This document shows, in pieces, positions 38,151 to 47,776 of a DNA stretch of 64,000 nucleotides. The position numbers were made by a program, and so were the translations under genes. The notes beneath the pieces were generated by a model. That model was given only the letters and a program-made list of their open reading frames with translations, did no database searches and was not told the origin of the DNA. Location of the stretch: IMG/VR virus record IMGVR_UViG_3300028654_000384, positions 1 to 64,000 of that record; one strand, written 5' to 3'. Positions within the stretch are counted from its first letter, which is position 1, and every line of letters starts with the position of its first letter.

Positions 38151-39347
38151 ATGGCGAAAAAAGTCGAGGCTCAAGATCCCAAAGCTAGCAGTGCTGACGT
38201 CGACGACTTCACGTCGCAATTGATCAAAGACATCAATAAGGAAATGGGTCTTCGTGTGGCCTATAACCTCAATGAGGCTACGGCACCGACGATCGTCAAA
38301 AGGTGGATCCCGACTGGCTCACTTCAACTCGATTATGCGATCAGGAATTGTGCTGGCGGTGGTTATCCTGAAGGTCGCATCATTGAGATTGCAGGGACGC
38401 CGTCTGTCGGAAAGTCGCACTTGGCCTACCACGTCGCCGCCAACGTGCAGGCGATGGGCGGATTGGTCGTCTACATTGACACCGAGAACGCAACCCCCGT
38501 TGACAAGCTGAAACACATGGGGATTGACGTTCGTAAGCGTTTCGTGTATTGTGATGAGCATGCAACGGAGAACGTCTTCAAGATCATTGAATCGATCATC
38601 CTTAAGGCAAAGACGTTGCCCGCGACCAAGGACATCCCGATTGTCGTGATTTGGGATTCGATTGCTGCCACATCGCCGCTAGCCGAATTGAACGGTGAGT
38701 ATGAGGACAATACCATAGGGTTGCAAGCACGCGTCATCAGTAAGGGGATGAGGAAGATCACTGGCGTCATAGGGCAAAACAATGTGACGTTGTTGTGCTT
38801 GAATCAGCTACGTGATGCCATAGGCGTGATCCATGGTGATCCTCAGGTGACACCCGGGGGAAAAGCAGTGCCATTTCATGCATCAGTTCGTATACGACTT
38901 AGCTCTGGCACGCAAGTCAAGGACAGCAAAGGCAACACGATCGGCATCCACGTCATTGCCACAATCAAGAAGAACAAGGTTGCACCACCTTTTAGGAAGC
39001 ATGAGTTCGACATCATCTTTGGTGTTGGGATCGTTGAACACGAGTACATCTTTGATGAAGTCAGAGCATACTGTGCTGACAACAAGGTGTTTGCAGCGTC
39101 AGGTGACAAGCAAGTAGAGATCAAGATCTCTGGAGCGAGTTCATGGAAGGAACTTATTGTCAGCGATGCTAAGACTGGTGAGGTCATCCTCGAGAAGAAG
39201 TTCTATAAGAGTGACTTCGGTGACCTAATGAAGGACTCGCAGTATAAACCATTCATTGATAAGGTGATCGAGGCAACTTACATGACTGTTTCTGGTGAGA
39301 AAGCCGAAGAAGGTGAGACGCCTGTTGACGATGAAGAGGCGGCCTGA
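38151..39347 (+). CDS. recA: RecA/UvsX recombinase
   Basis: GRIIEIAGTPSVGKS (Walker A), YIDTENA, IWDSIAA, LNQLRD and TPGGKA..FHASVRI. Confidence 0.93.
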   Translation: MAKKVEAQDPKASSADVDDFTSQLIKDINKEMGLRVAYNLNEATAPTIVKRWIPTGSLQLDYAIRNCAGGGYPEGRIIEIAGTPSVGKSHLAYHVAANVQAMGGLVVYIDTENATPVDKLKHMGIDVRKRFVYCDEHATENVFKIIESIILKAKTLPATKDIPIVVIWDSIAATSPLAELNGEYEDNTIGLQARVISKGMRKITGVIGQNNVTLLCLNQLRDAIGVIHGDPQVTPGGKAVPFHASVRIRLSSGTQVKDSKGNTIGIHVIATIKKNKVAPPFRKHEFDIIFGVGIVEHEYIFDEVRAYCADNKVFAASGDKQVEIKISGASSWKELIVSDAKTGEVILEKKFYKSDFGDLMKDSQYKPFIDKVIEATYMTVSGEKAEEGETPVDDEEAA

Positions 39348-40147
39348 TGGTAGAGCGCATGGTGTGTCATCGAACCATGACGATGGTGACCAATACACAT
39401 TTGAAGCGTCATGCACTGTCGGTCGACGAATACAGGAAGAAATTCCCGGGTGTCACACTAGGAAGCACGCCATGGCTTGAGACCTGGCGCAATAGTGAGA
39501 AGAACAAGCAATACGCTCGTGATCTACTGGTTCACATCGGCCAAGATGAAGAGTTGCAAACGCGTCGGAAGGCTAGCGTAAAGACTGCGTGGAAGAATGT
39601 TGATCTACTCAAGCGCCACTCTGACACAATGAAATCAGTAGTTCTCATGAATGAAACATACGCAGCACACCTGAGAAACAAGCCAGTCACGGATCGCATG
39701 CGCATGTCGAACTTCGATAGGTGGGTGATCGATCATGGGTACTCCGAAGCTGTTATTCGTCAGCAGGAATGGCAGAAGAACAATGTACTGCCCACGTCGT
39801 CAAGGGACACGAAGATAGAACTTCGTGTGCGTGATCTACTAGATGAGTTGGGACACATGTATCTGACACAGTTTGCCGTGCTTCACTACAGGTGTGATGT
39901 GTATGTTCCCGCGTTGAACCTTATCATTGAAGCGAACGGTGATTACTGGCACGCTAACCCAACAAAGCATGCACCAGACGATCTCATTGGTCCGTCACGC
40001 TCGTCAGCAGCGTCTATTTGGGAGCGTGATGTACATAGGGTACATGCATTGAGAAACATGGGGTTCACCGTTCTTATGTTATGGGAGAGTGACATCAAGT
40101 CATTGAGTGCGGAGAGATTAATGGCGTTGATGAAGGAGTGTAACTGA
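39347..40147 (+). mobile_element. Vsr/DUF559-like endonuclease with a Ros/MucR-like N-terminus
   Basis: HLKRHALSVDEYRKKF; TKIE, DVY.P..NLIIE.NGDYWH and V.MLWESDI; AT-rich; overlaps the recA stop. Confidence 0.75.
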
Positions 40148-40554
40148 TGGACACTCACGTGCAGTGGGCGATCTCTGCCGATGTTGAGGGCTTGGTCAAG
40201 GTGATCACCGATTGTAGAAAGCAGTTGATCGACATTGCCAAGCGTAAGCACAACAAGTCTCGCGTCACCGTCGTGGCGTGCGATGCCTATGCAGATCCCA
40301 AGGTCGTTGAATTGCTACGCCTGAGTGAGGCGTGGATCGGTGCTGACCCACTACCCGCCGTCATCAACAAGCGGACGGGTGAGGAACAGGTTGAGTTGTC
40401 GGAGCGTGTCGCCACATTTGACTCCTTTCAACTGCACACCCACCCGATCATGGGTGAGCGCGACATCAGGTTGATCATGGAACTTGGAGTGGGTGACGAC
40501 CGCGATCAGCTCTTTTTCGGCAATATTGCACTGACAGACGGAACGACGCCATGA
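40147..40554 (+). CDS. Hypothetical protein
   Basis: Coupled ORF, 135 aa. Confidence 0.6.
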   Translation: MDTHVQWAISADVEGLVKVITDCRKQLIDIAKRKHNKSRVTVVACDAYADPKVVELLRLSEAWIGADPLPAVINKRTGEEQVELSERVATFDSFQLHTHPIMGERDIRLIMELGVGDDRDQLFFGNIALTDGTTP

Positions 40555-40784
40555 AGAATGCACTGATCTTTCTGGAGCTATTGACCAAGCAGTTCCCGCC
40601 ACTGGCCCGTCATGCCCACTCGTTGACCCTGCACCGTGGCAAGTTGATGGTGGCCTTGGTCAACACAGCGCCGTGTTCCACGTTCATCCTCAACGCTGCA
40701 GACCTGGAGCACGACCCTGCCAAACTGGTCAGGGAGATCGTGGGCCTGATGTCGAAAGAAGATCAACCGAAGCAGCCGGCCTGA
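40551..40784 (+). CDS. Hypothetical protein
   Basis: ATGA overlap, 77 aa. Confidence 0.55.
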   Translation: MKNALIFLELLTKQFPPLARHAHSLTLHRGKLMVALVNTAPCSTFILNAADLEHDPAKLVREIVGLMSKEDQPKQPA

Positions 40785-40809
40785 ACTGTGTGCCCGTGAG
40801 GGGTACAGT
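40781..40809 (+). promoter_or_regulatory. Leaderless promoter CTGAAC-17-TACAGT
   Basis: The -35 contains the upstream TGA stop; ATG 40817 follows 7 nt after the -10. Confidence 0.65.
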
Positions 40810-40816
40810 GATAGAC

Positions 40817-41791
40817 ATGTCAAGTGATCGTCCTATCCTGATTGTGGATGCAATGAATCTGTTCGTCAGGAGTTGGGCCGCTTATCCGACCATGTCGAGC
40901 CATGGATACCAGATGGGCGGTTGCATCGGCTTTCTGAAGACGTTGAAGCGCATTGTCAATGAAGTGCAGCCCCGGGCCGTCTATGTCTGTTGGGAGTCAG
41001 GAGGTAGCTCACGCCGTCGCAAGTTGTTCGCCGAATACAAGCTCAACCGCAAACCTGGTAAGCTCAATCGCTTCTATGAAGACGACATTCCTGACACCGA
41101 AGAGAACAGGCGCCACCAACTCGAGGCACTGGTCTACATGTCAAAGTGTGCGCCCTTCTGCCAGTTATTCGTGCAGGACTGTGAGGGAGATGACCTCGTC
41201 GCCTACCTGTGTTGCGGGCCCCTGCGCGGCGACGACAAGGTCATCGTGTCGTCCGATAAGGACCTCTACCAGCTGCTCGACGATCGGACGAAGTTGTACA
41301 GCCTTCACAAGAAGACCTACGTCACTAAGGCCGATGTCATGGAGGAATTTAGAGTACAGTCAAAGCACTTCGCGTTGGCCAAGGCACTGTGCGGTGACAA
41401 TGGTGACAACGTGCCTGGCATCAAGGGCTTGGGTTTCAAGACGGTGGCCAAGCTGTTCCCAATGTTGGGCCTCGATGATGACTTGTTGTTGCAGGACATC
41501 ATCGACTACGCTCATACCCACGTCGATGAGTCGAAGATCTTTCAACGCATCGTCGAACAAGCGGACGATGTGAGGCGCAATTGGAGACTAGTGTTCTTAG
41601 ACGGCAGCATGTTGTCGGCGACACAGCAGGCGGCGATAGACCAGCGATTGCAGAACTTCGTGCCTAGGCCTGATAGGATTGGGTTGGTCAGGCGCCTCAT
41701 CAATGAGGGCATCGGTGACTTTGCCGTTGAGGACTTTTTTGGTGCGTTCAATTGCATTGAGAACACGCAACACAAGACGGGAGACGAGTGA
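40817..41791 (+). CDS. 5'-3' exonuclease (PolI N-terminal / T4 RNase H-like)
   Basis: IVDAMNLF.R, EYKLNR, EGDDL, SSDKDL.QL and L.GD.GDNVPGIKG.G.KT motifs. Confidence 0.9.
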   Translation: MSSDRPILIVDAMNLFVRSWAAYPTMSSHGYQMGGCIGFLKTLKRIVNEVQPRAVYVCWESGGSSRRRKLFAEYKLNRKPGKLNRFYEDDIPDTEENRRHQLEALVYMSKCAPFCQLFVQDCEGDDLVAYLCCGPLRGDDKVIVSSDKDLYQLLDDRTKLYSLHKKTYVTKADVMEEFRVQSKHFALAKALCGDNGDNVPGIKGLGFKTVAKLFPMLGLDDDLLLQDIIDYAHTHVDESKIFQRIVEQADDVRRNWRLVFLDGSMLSATQQAAIDQRLQNFVPRPDRIGLVRRLINEGIGDFAVEDFFGAFNCIENTQHKTGDE

Positions 41792-43212
41792 TGGCGATAG
41801 CTTCGACAGTTTCATTCGGGACTTATGGGAAAGCGTTCCAAGAGAAGGTCATACAGGCCCTGCTCACCGACCGCCCGTGGGCCGAGCAGATGCAGGAAGT
41901 CATCGACACTTCGTACTTTGACCTACGCTACCTGACGTTCCTCGCCGAGCACTACTTCAACTACGCCAAGAAGTACAAGGTGTTTCCGTCGTTGCAACTG
42001 CTCATCACCATCATCCGTGACGAACTGAAGGTGGGCACTGACACCGTGCTCCGCGATCAGATCATCGAGTACTTGACGCGGATGCGCACCAGCCCCGACA
42101 TGGGTGACCTGCAGTACGTCAAGGAAAAGTCGCTCGACTTCTGTCGTAAGCAGGCACTGAAGCAGGCGTTGGGTGAGGCCGTCGAACAGATGCAGGACGG
42201 CAAGTACGAGCAGATCGTCGAGGGCATCAAGAAGGCCGTCTGCGTGGGCACTACACCCGCCTTGGGCCATGACTTCTTTCAGGACTATGAGGCCCGCTTC
42301 ACCCGGCTGCAGCGTAACTGCGTGGCCACGGGCCTCGACGAGCTCGACCGCAAGGACATCCTCAATGGAGGTTTGGGTGGTGGTGAACTCGGCGTCATTG
42401 TCGCTCCGACTGGGGTCGGCAAATCGCACTTCTTGACGTGGTTGGGTTGTCACGCGCTCCGTCGAGGCGTCGACGTGCTGCACTACACCTTCGAGCTGTC
42501 TGAGGCGGCGACGGGTCTACGTTACGACTCCAACCTCTGTGACATTGACTCCAACACCGTCATCGAGAACAAGGACAAGGTCATCGAGACGTATCGGACG
42601 GCGAAGATGGGTCGGCTGATGATCAAGGAATTTCCTGCCAACACGGCGACGATCTACACTCTTCGTGCACACATGGAGCGGCTCGATCTCAAGGGCTTCA
42701 GCCCGGGCATGCTGATCATTGACTACGCCGACATCATGCGGTCAACGCGTCAATACGACTCGCTGCGCCATGAACTGAAGTTGATCTATGAGGAATTACG
42801 TAGCTTCTCAATGGAGAAGAGGATCCCAGTATGGACCGCCAGTCAGAGCAATCGCGAAGGCAGCACGCAGGATGTCGTTGACCTCAATAACATGAGCGAA
42901 GCGTACGGGAAAGCGATGACTGCAGATGTTGTGTTGAGCCTGAGTCGGCGCACACACGAGAAGTCATCTGGTGAGGGGCGCCTCTGCGTGGCCAAGAACA
43001 GGTCGGGCAGAGATGGGCTGGTTTATCCGGTGCTGATTGACACCGCGCGGAGTAAGTTTGCCATAACGGGCGGAGTGATGGGCTTTCAAAAGGCGACTGA
43101 CGACGATGAAAAGGAGAAGAAGCGACAGATCCGGGAGAAGTGGCTCGAACTCAAGCGAGAACCAGCATTCAATGAATCGCTCAAGCCCACTGCAACGCCG
43201 AGTGAAAGCTGA
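41788..43212 (+). CDS. dnaB: Replicative DNA helicase (DnaB / gp41-like)
   Basis: APTGVGKS, FELSE, IIDYAD, WTASQSNR, ADVVL and KNR.G motifs. Confidence 0.9.
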   Translation: MMAIASTVSFGTYGKAFQEKVIQALLTDRPWAEQMQEVIDTSYFDLRYLTFLAEHYFNYAKKYKVFPSLQLLITIIRDELKVGTDTVLRDQIIEYLTRMRTSPDMGDLQYVKEKSLDFCRKQALKQALGEAVEQMQDGKYEQIVEGIKKAVCVGTTPALGHDFFQDYEARFTRLQRNCVATGLDELDRKDILNGGLGGGELGVIVAPTGVGKSHFLTWLGCHALRRGVDVLHYTFELSEAATGLRYDSNLCDIDSNTVIENKDKVIETYRTAKMGRLMIKEFPANTATIYTLRAHMERLDLKGFSPGMLIIDYADIMRSTRQYDSLRHELKLIYEELRSFSMEKRIPVWTASQSNREGSTQDVVDLNNMSEAYGKAMTADVVLSLSRRTHEKSSGEGRLCVAKNRSGRDGLVYPVLIDTARSKFAITGGVMGFQKATDDDEKEKKRQIREKWLELKREPAFNESLKPTATPSES

Positions 43213-43266
43213 TGCTGATCATCACCCGAACTTTGCGCAAACCCTAAACCCGGGCAAGTTGCGTGA

Positions 43267-43272
43267 TAGTTA
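43267..43272 (+). promoter_or_regulatory. Late-type motif TAGTTA upstream of nrdJ
   Basis: 76 nt before TTG 43349; SD AGGAG present. Confidence 0.4.
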
Positions 43273-43348
43273 TGACCCTGGTAACGTGTCATCGGGCACC
43301 GCAAGTTAGCCCCCTGATATTCCACTTGGTCTCACAGGAGAGGGCAAA

Positions 43349-45856
43349 TTGACGACGACGTACACCTATGATGAGGCGCGTGACGCCTCGCTTACTTACT
43401 TTGACGGCGATGAGCTGGCGTCTGACGTTTTCGTTGGCAAGTATGCGCTGCAGGACTTGAAGGGCACGCTGTTCGAGCGCACGCCCGATGACATGCACGC
43501 CCGCGCTGCCCGAGAGTTTGCTCGCATCGAGGCCAACTACGCGAACCCACTGTCCAAGAGGGAGATTCAACGCCTGTTGTCATCGTGGGAAGTCGTCATG
43601 CAAGGCGGACCCATGTCGGCGATAGGCAACCCCTACCAGGTGCAGTCGTTGAGCAATTGCTTCGTCATTGAGTCACCCTATGACAGCTATGGCGGCATCA
43701 TGAAGGCTGACCAGGAGCAGGTGCAGATCATGAAGCGCCGCGGCGGCGTGGGTTTTGACATGTCGACGATTCGTCCGCAAGGCCTACCTGCTGCGAACGC
43801 GGCCCGGACGACCGACGGCATTGGCATCTTCATGGAGCGATACAGCAACACCTGTCGCGAAGTGGCCCAAGGTGGCCGTCGTGGGGCACTGATGCTGACG
43901 ATCAGCGTTCACCATCCCGAAGTACTGACCTTCGCCAACATCAAGCGCAACACCTTGAAGGTGACGGGTGCCAACGTGTCGGTGCGGGTGACCGACGACT
44001 TCATGAACGCCGTCATCAATGATAAACAGTACCAGCAGCGCTTTCCCGTCGACGGCCCACCCGGTAAATTGGTCACCGAGCAGTGGGTCAGCGCCCGCGA
44101 AGTGTGGTACAACATCATCGCGGCGATGCGTGACTGCAGCGAGCCCGGCATGCTATTCTGGGACACCGTGCAACGGATGGGCCCGGCAGATGCCTACGCA
44201 CAGTTCGGCTATGGATCGGTGAGCACCAACCCGTGCGGCGAAATTCCCCTCTCGTGCTACGACAGTTGTCGGTTGATGCTGATGAACTTGTGGAAGTTTG
44301 TCCGTGAGCCCTTCACTCCTCGAGCCAAGTTTGACTTCGCCGCTTTCGAGGCATCGACTTACATAGCTCAACGGCTGATGGACGATCTCGTCGATCTGGA
44401 GCTCGAGGCCATCGATAGGATCTTGGCCAAGCTCGACGCTGACCCCGAACCCGCCGGTGTCAAACGCACTGAGGTCGAATTGTGGCACAAGATCAGGAAC
44501 GCAGGCGCCAATGGCCGTCGCACTGGTCTGGGCATCACCGCACTGGGCGATTGCATCGCCGGCCTCAACATGCACTATGGCAGTGACGAGTCGATCGCGG
44601 TGACTGACGCCGTCTATCGGACGCTGGCACTGTCGAGCTATCGCTCGTCCGTCGCCATGGCCAAGGAACGCGGTGCCTTTCCGATCTTTTCTCATGACGT
44701 GGAACGGGGCAATCCATTCATCCAGCGCATCATGGCCGAGGATTACTCCCTTCGTCGTGACTATGAACAATACGGCCGCCGCAACATCGCCAACACCACG
44801 ACGGCCCCAGCAGGCAGCGTGTCGATCCTGACGCGGACAACGTCGGGCTGTGAGCCCGTGTTGTTCCTGAAGAGCCGTCGCAAGCGCAAGATCACCGCCG
44901 CTGACAAGCAGGCCCGCGTCGATGAGACCGATGCGTTGGGTGACCAGTGGCAGCACTATGACCTGTTTCATGCAGGGTTGACAGAGTGGATGCGAGTGAC
45001 GGGCGAGACCGACATCACCAAGTCGCCCTACCACGGTGCGACGGTCGAGTCGATCGATCCCCTGAAGAAGATCGCCGTGCAGGCCGCTGCACAGAAGTGG
45101 ATCTGTCACGCCATCAGCAATACCACTAACCTGCCCGAAGACGTCACGGTGGGCAGCGTCGAGGCCCTGTGCCTCCGCGCGTGGGAGACTGGGTGCAAGG
45201 GCGTCACCATCTACCGCAAGAACAGCCGAGCCGCCGTCATCGTTGATGAAGCGTCGGCAAACGCGGGAGGACAACCGCTGGTCGTCACCGAGACCCACGC
45301 GCCCAAGCGGCCCAAGGAACTGGAGTGCGACGTGCACCGGGTCGCCGTCAAGGGTGAGCAACACCTCGTCCTGGTGGGCCTGTTGAACGGCTCGCCTTAT
45401 GAGATCTTCGCGGGCCTGTCGGAGCAGGTCGAGGTGCCCAAGAAGGCCAAGCGAGGCACCCTGATCAAGAACGGTAAGAAGGATGGGTTGGCCACCTACA
45501 ACCTGCGCATTCCATTGGGTGATGATGACCAACTGTTATTGAGGGACGTGGTGTCGCTGTTCGACAATGCACTGCACGGCGCCTTCACCCGGACGTTGAG
45601 CCTGGCGCTGCGTCACGGCGTGCCCGTCCAGTACCTGGTCGAACAACTGCGCAAGGACAAGCACAGCGACATCACCTCGTTCAGCGCCGTCATCGCTCGG
45701 GTGTTGAAGGGCTACATTAAGGACGGTGCAGCGACGACGACTGACAAGGCATGCCCCAACTGTGGCGGTGCAACGCTGGTCTACCAACAGGGATGTGTGC
45801 AGTGTGTGGGTGGCATGTTGCCCAATGGAACGGCGTGCACGTGGAGCAAGTGCTGA
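43349..45856 (+). CDS. nrdJ: Class II (B12-dependent) ribonucleotide reductase
   Basis: LSNCF, GGVG.D.S..RP, QGGRRGA, TNPCGE, APAGS.S and C-terminal CPNC..CVQC..CTWSKC. Confidence 0.92.
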   Translation: MTTTYTYDEARDASLTYFDGDELASDVFVGKYALQDLKGTLFERTPDDMHARAAREFARIEANYANPLSKREIQRLLSSWEVVMQGGPMSAIGNPYQVQSLSNCFVIESPYDSYGGIMKADQEQVQIMKRRGGVGFDMSTIRPQGLPAANAARTTDGIGIFMERYSNTCREVAQGGRRGALMLTISVHHPEVLTFANIKRNTLKVTGANVSVRVTDDFMNAVINDKQYQQRFPVDGPPGKLVTEQWVSAREVWYNIIAAMRDCSEPGMLFWDTVQRMGPADAYAQFGYGSVSTNPCGEIPLSCYDSCRLMLMNLWKFVREPFTPRAKFDFAAFEASTYIAQRLMDDLVDLELEAIDRILAKLDADPEPAGVKRTEVELWHKIRNAGANGRRTGLGITALGDCIAGLNMHYGSDESIAVTDAVYRTLALSSYRSSVAMAKERGAFPIFSHDVERGNPFIQRIMAEDYSLRRDYEQYGRRNIANTTTAPAGSVSILTRTTSGCEPVLFLKSRRKRKITAADKQARVDETDALGDQWQHYDLFHAGLTEWMRVTGETDITKSPYHGATVESIDPLKKIAVQAAAQKWICHAISNTTNLPEDVTVGSVEALCLRAWETGCKGVTIYRKNSRAAVIVDEASANAGGQPLVVTETHAPKRPKELECDVHRVAVKGEQHLVLVGLLNGSPYEIFAGLSEQVEVPKKAKRGTLIKNGKKDGLATYNLRIPLGDDDQLLLRDVVSLFDNALHGAFTRTLSLALRHGVPVQYLVEQLRKDKHSDITSFSAVIARVLKGYIKDGAATTTDKACPNCGGATLVYQQGCVQCVGGMLPNGTACTWSKC

Positions 45857-45863
45857 GCTGACC

Positions 45864-45883
45864 GATACTTATCGCTCAGGAGC
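45864..45883 (+). repeat. 20-nt exact repeat containing late motif and SD (copy 1)
   Basis: GATACTTATCGCTCAGGAGC, identical at 61714-61733. Confidence 0.85.
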
Positions 45884-45889
45884 ACGCGC

Positions 45890-46258
45890 ATGAGGGTCAG
45901 TTACCGCGCACTGAAGAAGATCATCCGTGAAGTGGCGCTGTCGCCCTCCGTCTTCAAGAACAACCACGTGGTGCAGGATCCCATGGATCGGCCCAACATC
46001 GCGCAGGCACTGACGGCGTTGGAGCAGCCCTTCAAGACTGGGTTGGAGACCAACCTCGTCCTCGATGCCCGTGACAGCTACGACGAGGAGACGCGGGAGC
46101 TCGACGATGCCGAATACGCGAGGATCAAGGACGTGGCGGCGAAGGCGACTGAGTTGATGCTGGCTCGCGCCCACAAGGCGGTGCAGGCGTCGTGGGCCGA
46201 GGCGATGAAGGGCGTGGGCAGCGCCGACAAAGCAACCGTACAGAAGAAGGTGGCGTGA
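45890..46258 (+). CDS. Leader-bearing protein (MRVSYRALKKIIRE)
   Basis: Directly after the late motif and SD. Confidence 0.75.
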   Translation: MRVSYRALKKIIREVALSPSVFKNNHVVQDPMDRPNIAQALTALEQPFKTGLETNLVLDARDSYDEETRELDDAEYARIKDVAAKATELMLARAHKAVQASWAEAMKGVGSADKATVQKKVA

Positions 46259-46509
46259 TGGCAAAGGTAATCAAGCTAACGCAGGAGCAGCTCAGGAATC
46301 TCATCAAGGAAGGGATTAGTACCGGCGAAGTGCGTGCAATGACCCATCACCTACAAGACATTAAACGCTCTCTTGGGCGGATGGGTGCTATTCAACAAGG
46401 CATTGGATATGGCAATACGACATCCGAGATCTCCAGTGCACTCGATGCGCTTAAAAGTGCCATCGATGAAGTCGACGAAGTGCTCATTCAGGCACTCGGA
46501 GGTAAGTGA
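46258..46509 (+). CDS. Leader-bearing small protein (MAKVIKLTQEQLRNLIKE)
   Basis: TGATG coupling; AT-richer than neighbours. Confidence 0.7.
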   Translation: MAKVIKLTQEQLRNLIKEGISTGEVRAMTHHLQDIKRSLGRMGAIQQGIGYGNTTSEISSALDALKSAIDEVDEVLIQALGGK

Positions 46510-46853
46510 TGGTAAAGTTGTCAGTGAAACAACTGCGGAATCTCATTCGTGAAGCCGGTGAAGGTCTGAAGACCCCTTCTCGGCACATGAGGTGGGGCAC
46601 ATGGATGGTTGCATGGGGCGTAGCGCTAGCCGATGCAGGTGTCAACCAAGAGGATCTGCCGATCTTCGACGTCGTTGATGAGGACATGGGACAACTTGCT
46701 CTGGAGAAGATGTGGGGCGACTTCTTCGATAAGGGCAAGTCACCTGAAGAAGCCGTAGCACTGGCGATGGATCGTGATGCGTTCGCTGCTGACTATTACG
46801 ATCCCTACATCGACGAATTCACTAGTGAACTTGAACACGCTGGGAGGCTGTGA
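46509..46853 (+). CDS. Leader-bearing acidic protein (MVKLSVKQLRNLIRE)
   Basis: TGATG coupling. Confidence 0.7.
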   Translation: MVKLSVKQLRNLIREAGEGLKTPSRHMRWGTWMVAWGVALADAGVNQEDLPIFDVVDEDMGQLALEKMWGDFFDKGKSPEEAVALAMDRDAFAADYYDPYIDEFTSELEHAGRL

Positions 46854-46857
46854 TCCA

Positions 46858-47151
46858 TTGAAATCCACGGTGGGCCAGCTGCGCCGCATCCTCTTTGAAG
46901 AGGCACCTCCGCGCGTGCTGCACGAGGCCTACCTCAACGGCGTGCCCGAGTGGCAGCTCCGCCAAGATACCACCGACTACGTTGACCAGATCCGCGTCCG
47001 CATCAAGCAGTTCATCCTGCTGAACAAGAGCCAGAGCTCGTCAGACCAGCGTGAGGCCATCAACGCCATGAACGACGTCTGTGATGAACTCGAGATGAAA
47101 CTCTATGACCAACTGGAAAATAGTCTCTTCGACTTCACGCGGCGAGTTTGA
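46858..47151 (+). CDS. Leader-bearing protein (MKSTVGQLRRILFEE)
   Basis: TTG start after GGAGG (46843-46847). Confidence 0.65.
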   Translation: MKSTVGQLRRILFEEAPPRVLHEAYLNGVPEWQLRQDTTDYVDQIRVRIKQFILLNKSQSSSDQREAINAMNDVCDELEMKLYDQLENSLFDFTRRV

Positions 47152-47180
47152 GGTACGTTCATAATCGTCAGTGAACAGCC

Positions 47181-47186
47181 TAGTTA
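47181..47186 (+). promoter_or_regulatory. Late-type promoter motif TAGTTA
   Basis: 5 nt before ATG 47192. Confidence 0.55.
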
Positions 47187-47191
47187 TCAGT

Positions 47192-47404
47192 ATGACCCTC
47201 CTAATGCTGTTCGCCGCCGTCCTCATCTTTGCACTTTTCATTTGGATTGCCAGCATCGTGCCGGTGCCTGCAAAGATGCCCTGGCTCCGTACCATCTTCT
47301 ACATTTTCATCGCGCTGGTCGCGATCGTCCTTTTGGCGCAGTTCGCCGGCTGCACTGACCTGGGCCTCAACCACAGCATCGGCGTCGGCCACCGCGCCAA
47401 CTAA
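47192..47404 (+). CDS. Small protein with two transmembrane helices
   Basis: Two hydrophobic runs separated by PVPAKMPWLR. Confidence 0.7.
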   Translation: MTLLMLFAAVLIFALFIWIASIVPVPAKMPWLRTIFYIFIALVAIVLLAQFAGCTDLGLNHSIGVGHRAN

Positions 47405-47409
47405 TTGCC

Positions 47410-47438
47410 TTGACCATCTCGCCCACCCGGTATAGGGT
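47410..47438 (+). promoter_or_regulatory. Leaderless promoter TTGACC-17-TAGGGT
   Basis: 6 nt before ATG 47445. Confidence 0.55.
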
Positions 47439-47444
47439 GTGGCG

Positions 47445-47768
47445 ATGGACCTTGAAGAGCACTACGTAGCCTGCGCCTGCAGTGACTTCAACCACGTCTT
47501 TCGCTTCGTCTTTGACCCCGACGACGGCGACCTGTGGTTGGAGGTGCAGTTGCGCCAGTGGCGACCCTGGTACAAGCGTGCGTGGATTGCACTGCGCTAT
47601 GCCTTCGGTCTGCAACAGGCCTATGGCCACTATGACGTCACGGTGCTGAAATCAGCCGACTTCGCGCGGTTGCATGCGCTGCTCGATCGCGCCGAGGCCT
47701 TTGACCGTGCCCGCTCGGCCGCCGCGGCCCTTGGTTCACTGCAGAATAAACCCGTGTTGAAAGGATAG
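47445..47768 (+). CDS. Hypothetical protein
   Basis: C.C.D..H.FRF....L.LEV.L......KR...A.RY.FG. Confidence 0.6.
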   Translation: MDLEEHYVACACSDFNHVFRFVFDPDDGDLWLEVQLRQWRPWYKRAWIALRYAFGLQQAYGHYDVTVLKSADFARLHALLDRAEAFDRARSAAAALGSLQNKPVLKG

Positions 47769-47776
47769 GTTCTCCA

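Noticed and set aside
43213-43348. Cobalamin riboswitch before nrdJ
   Set aside because: The conserved core (GGGAA..GGTG...CCCC..ACTGT) is not visible.
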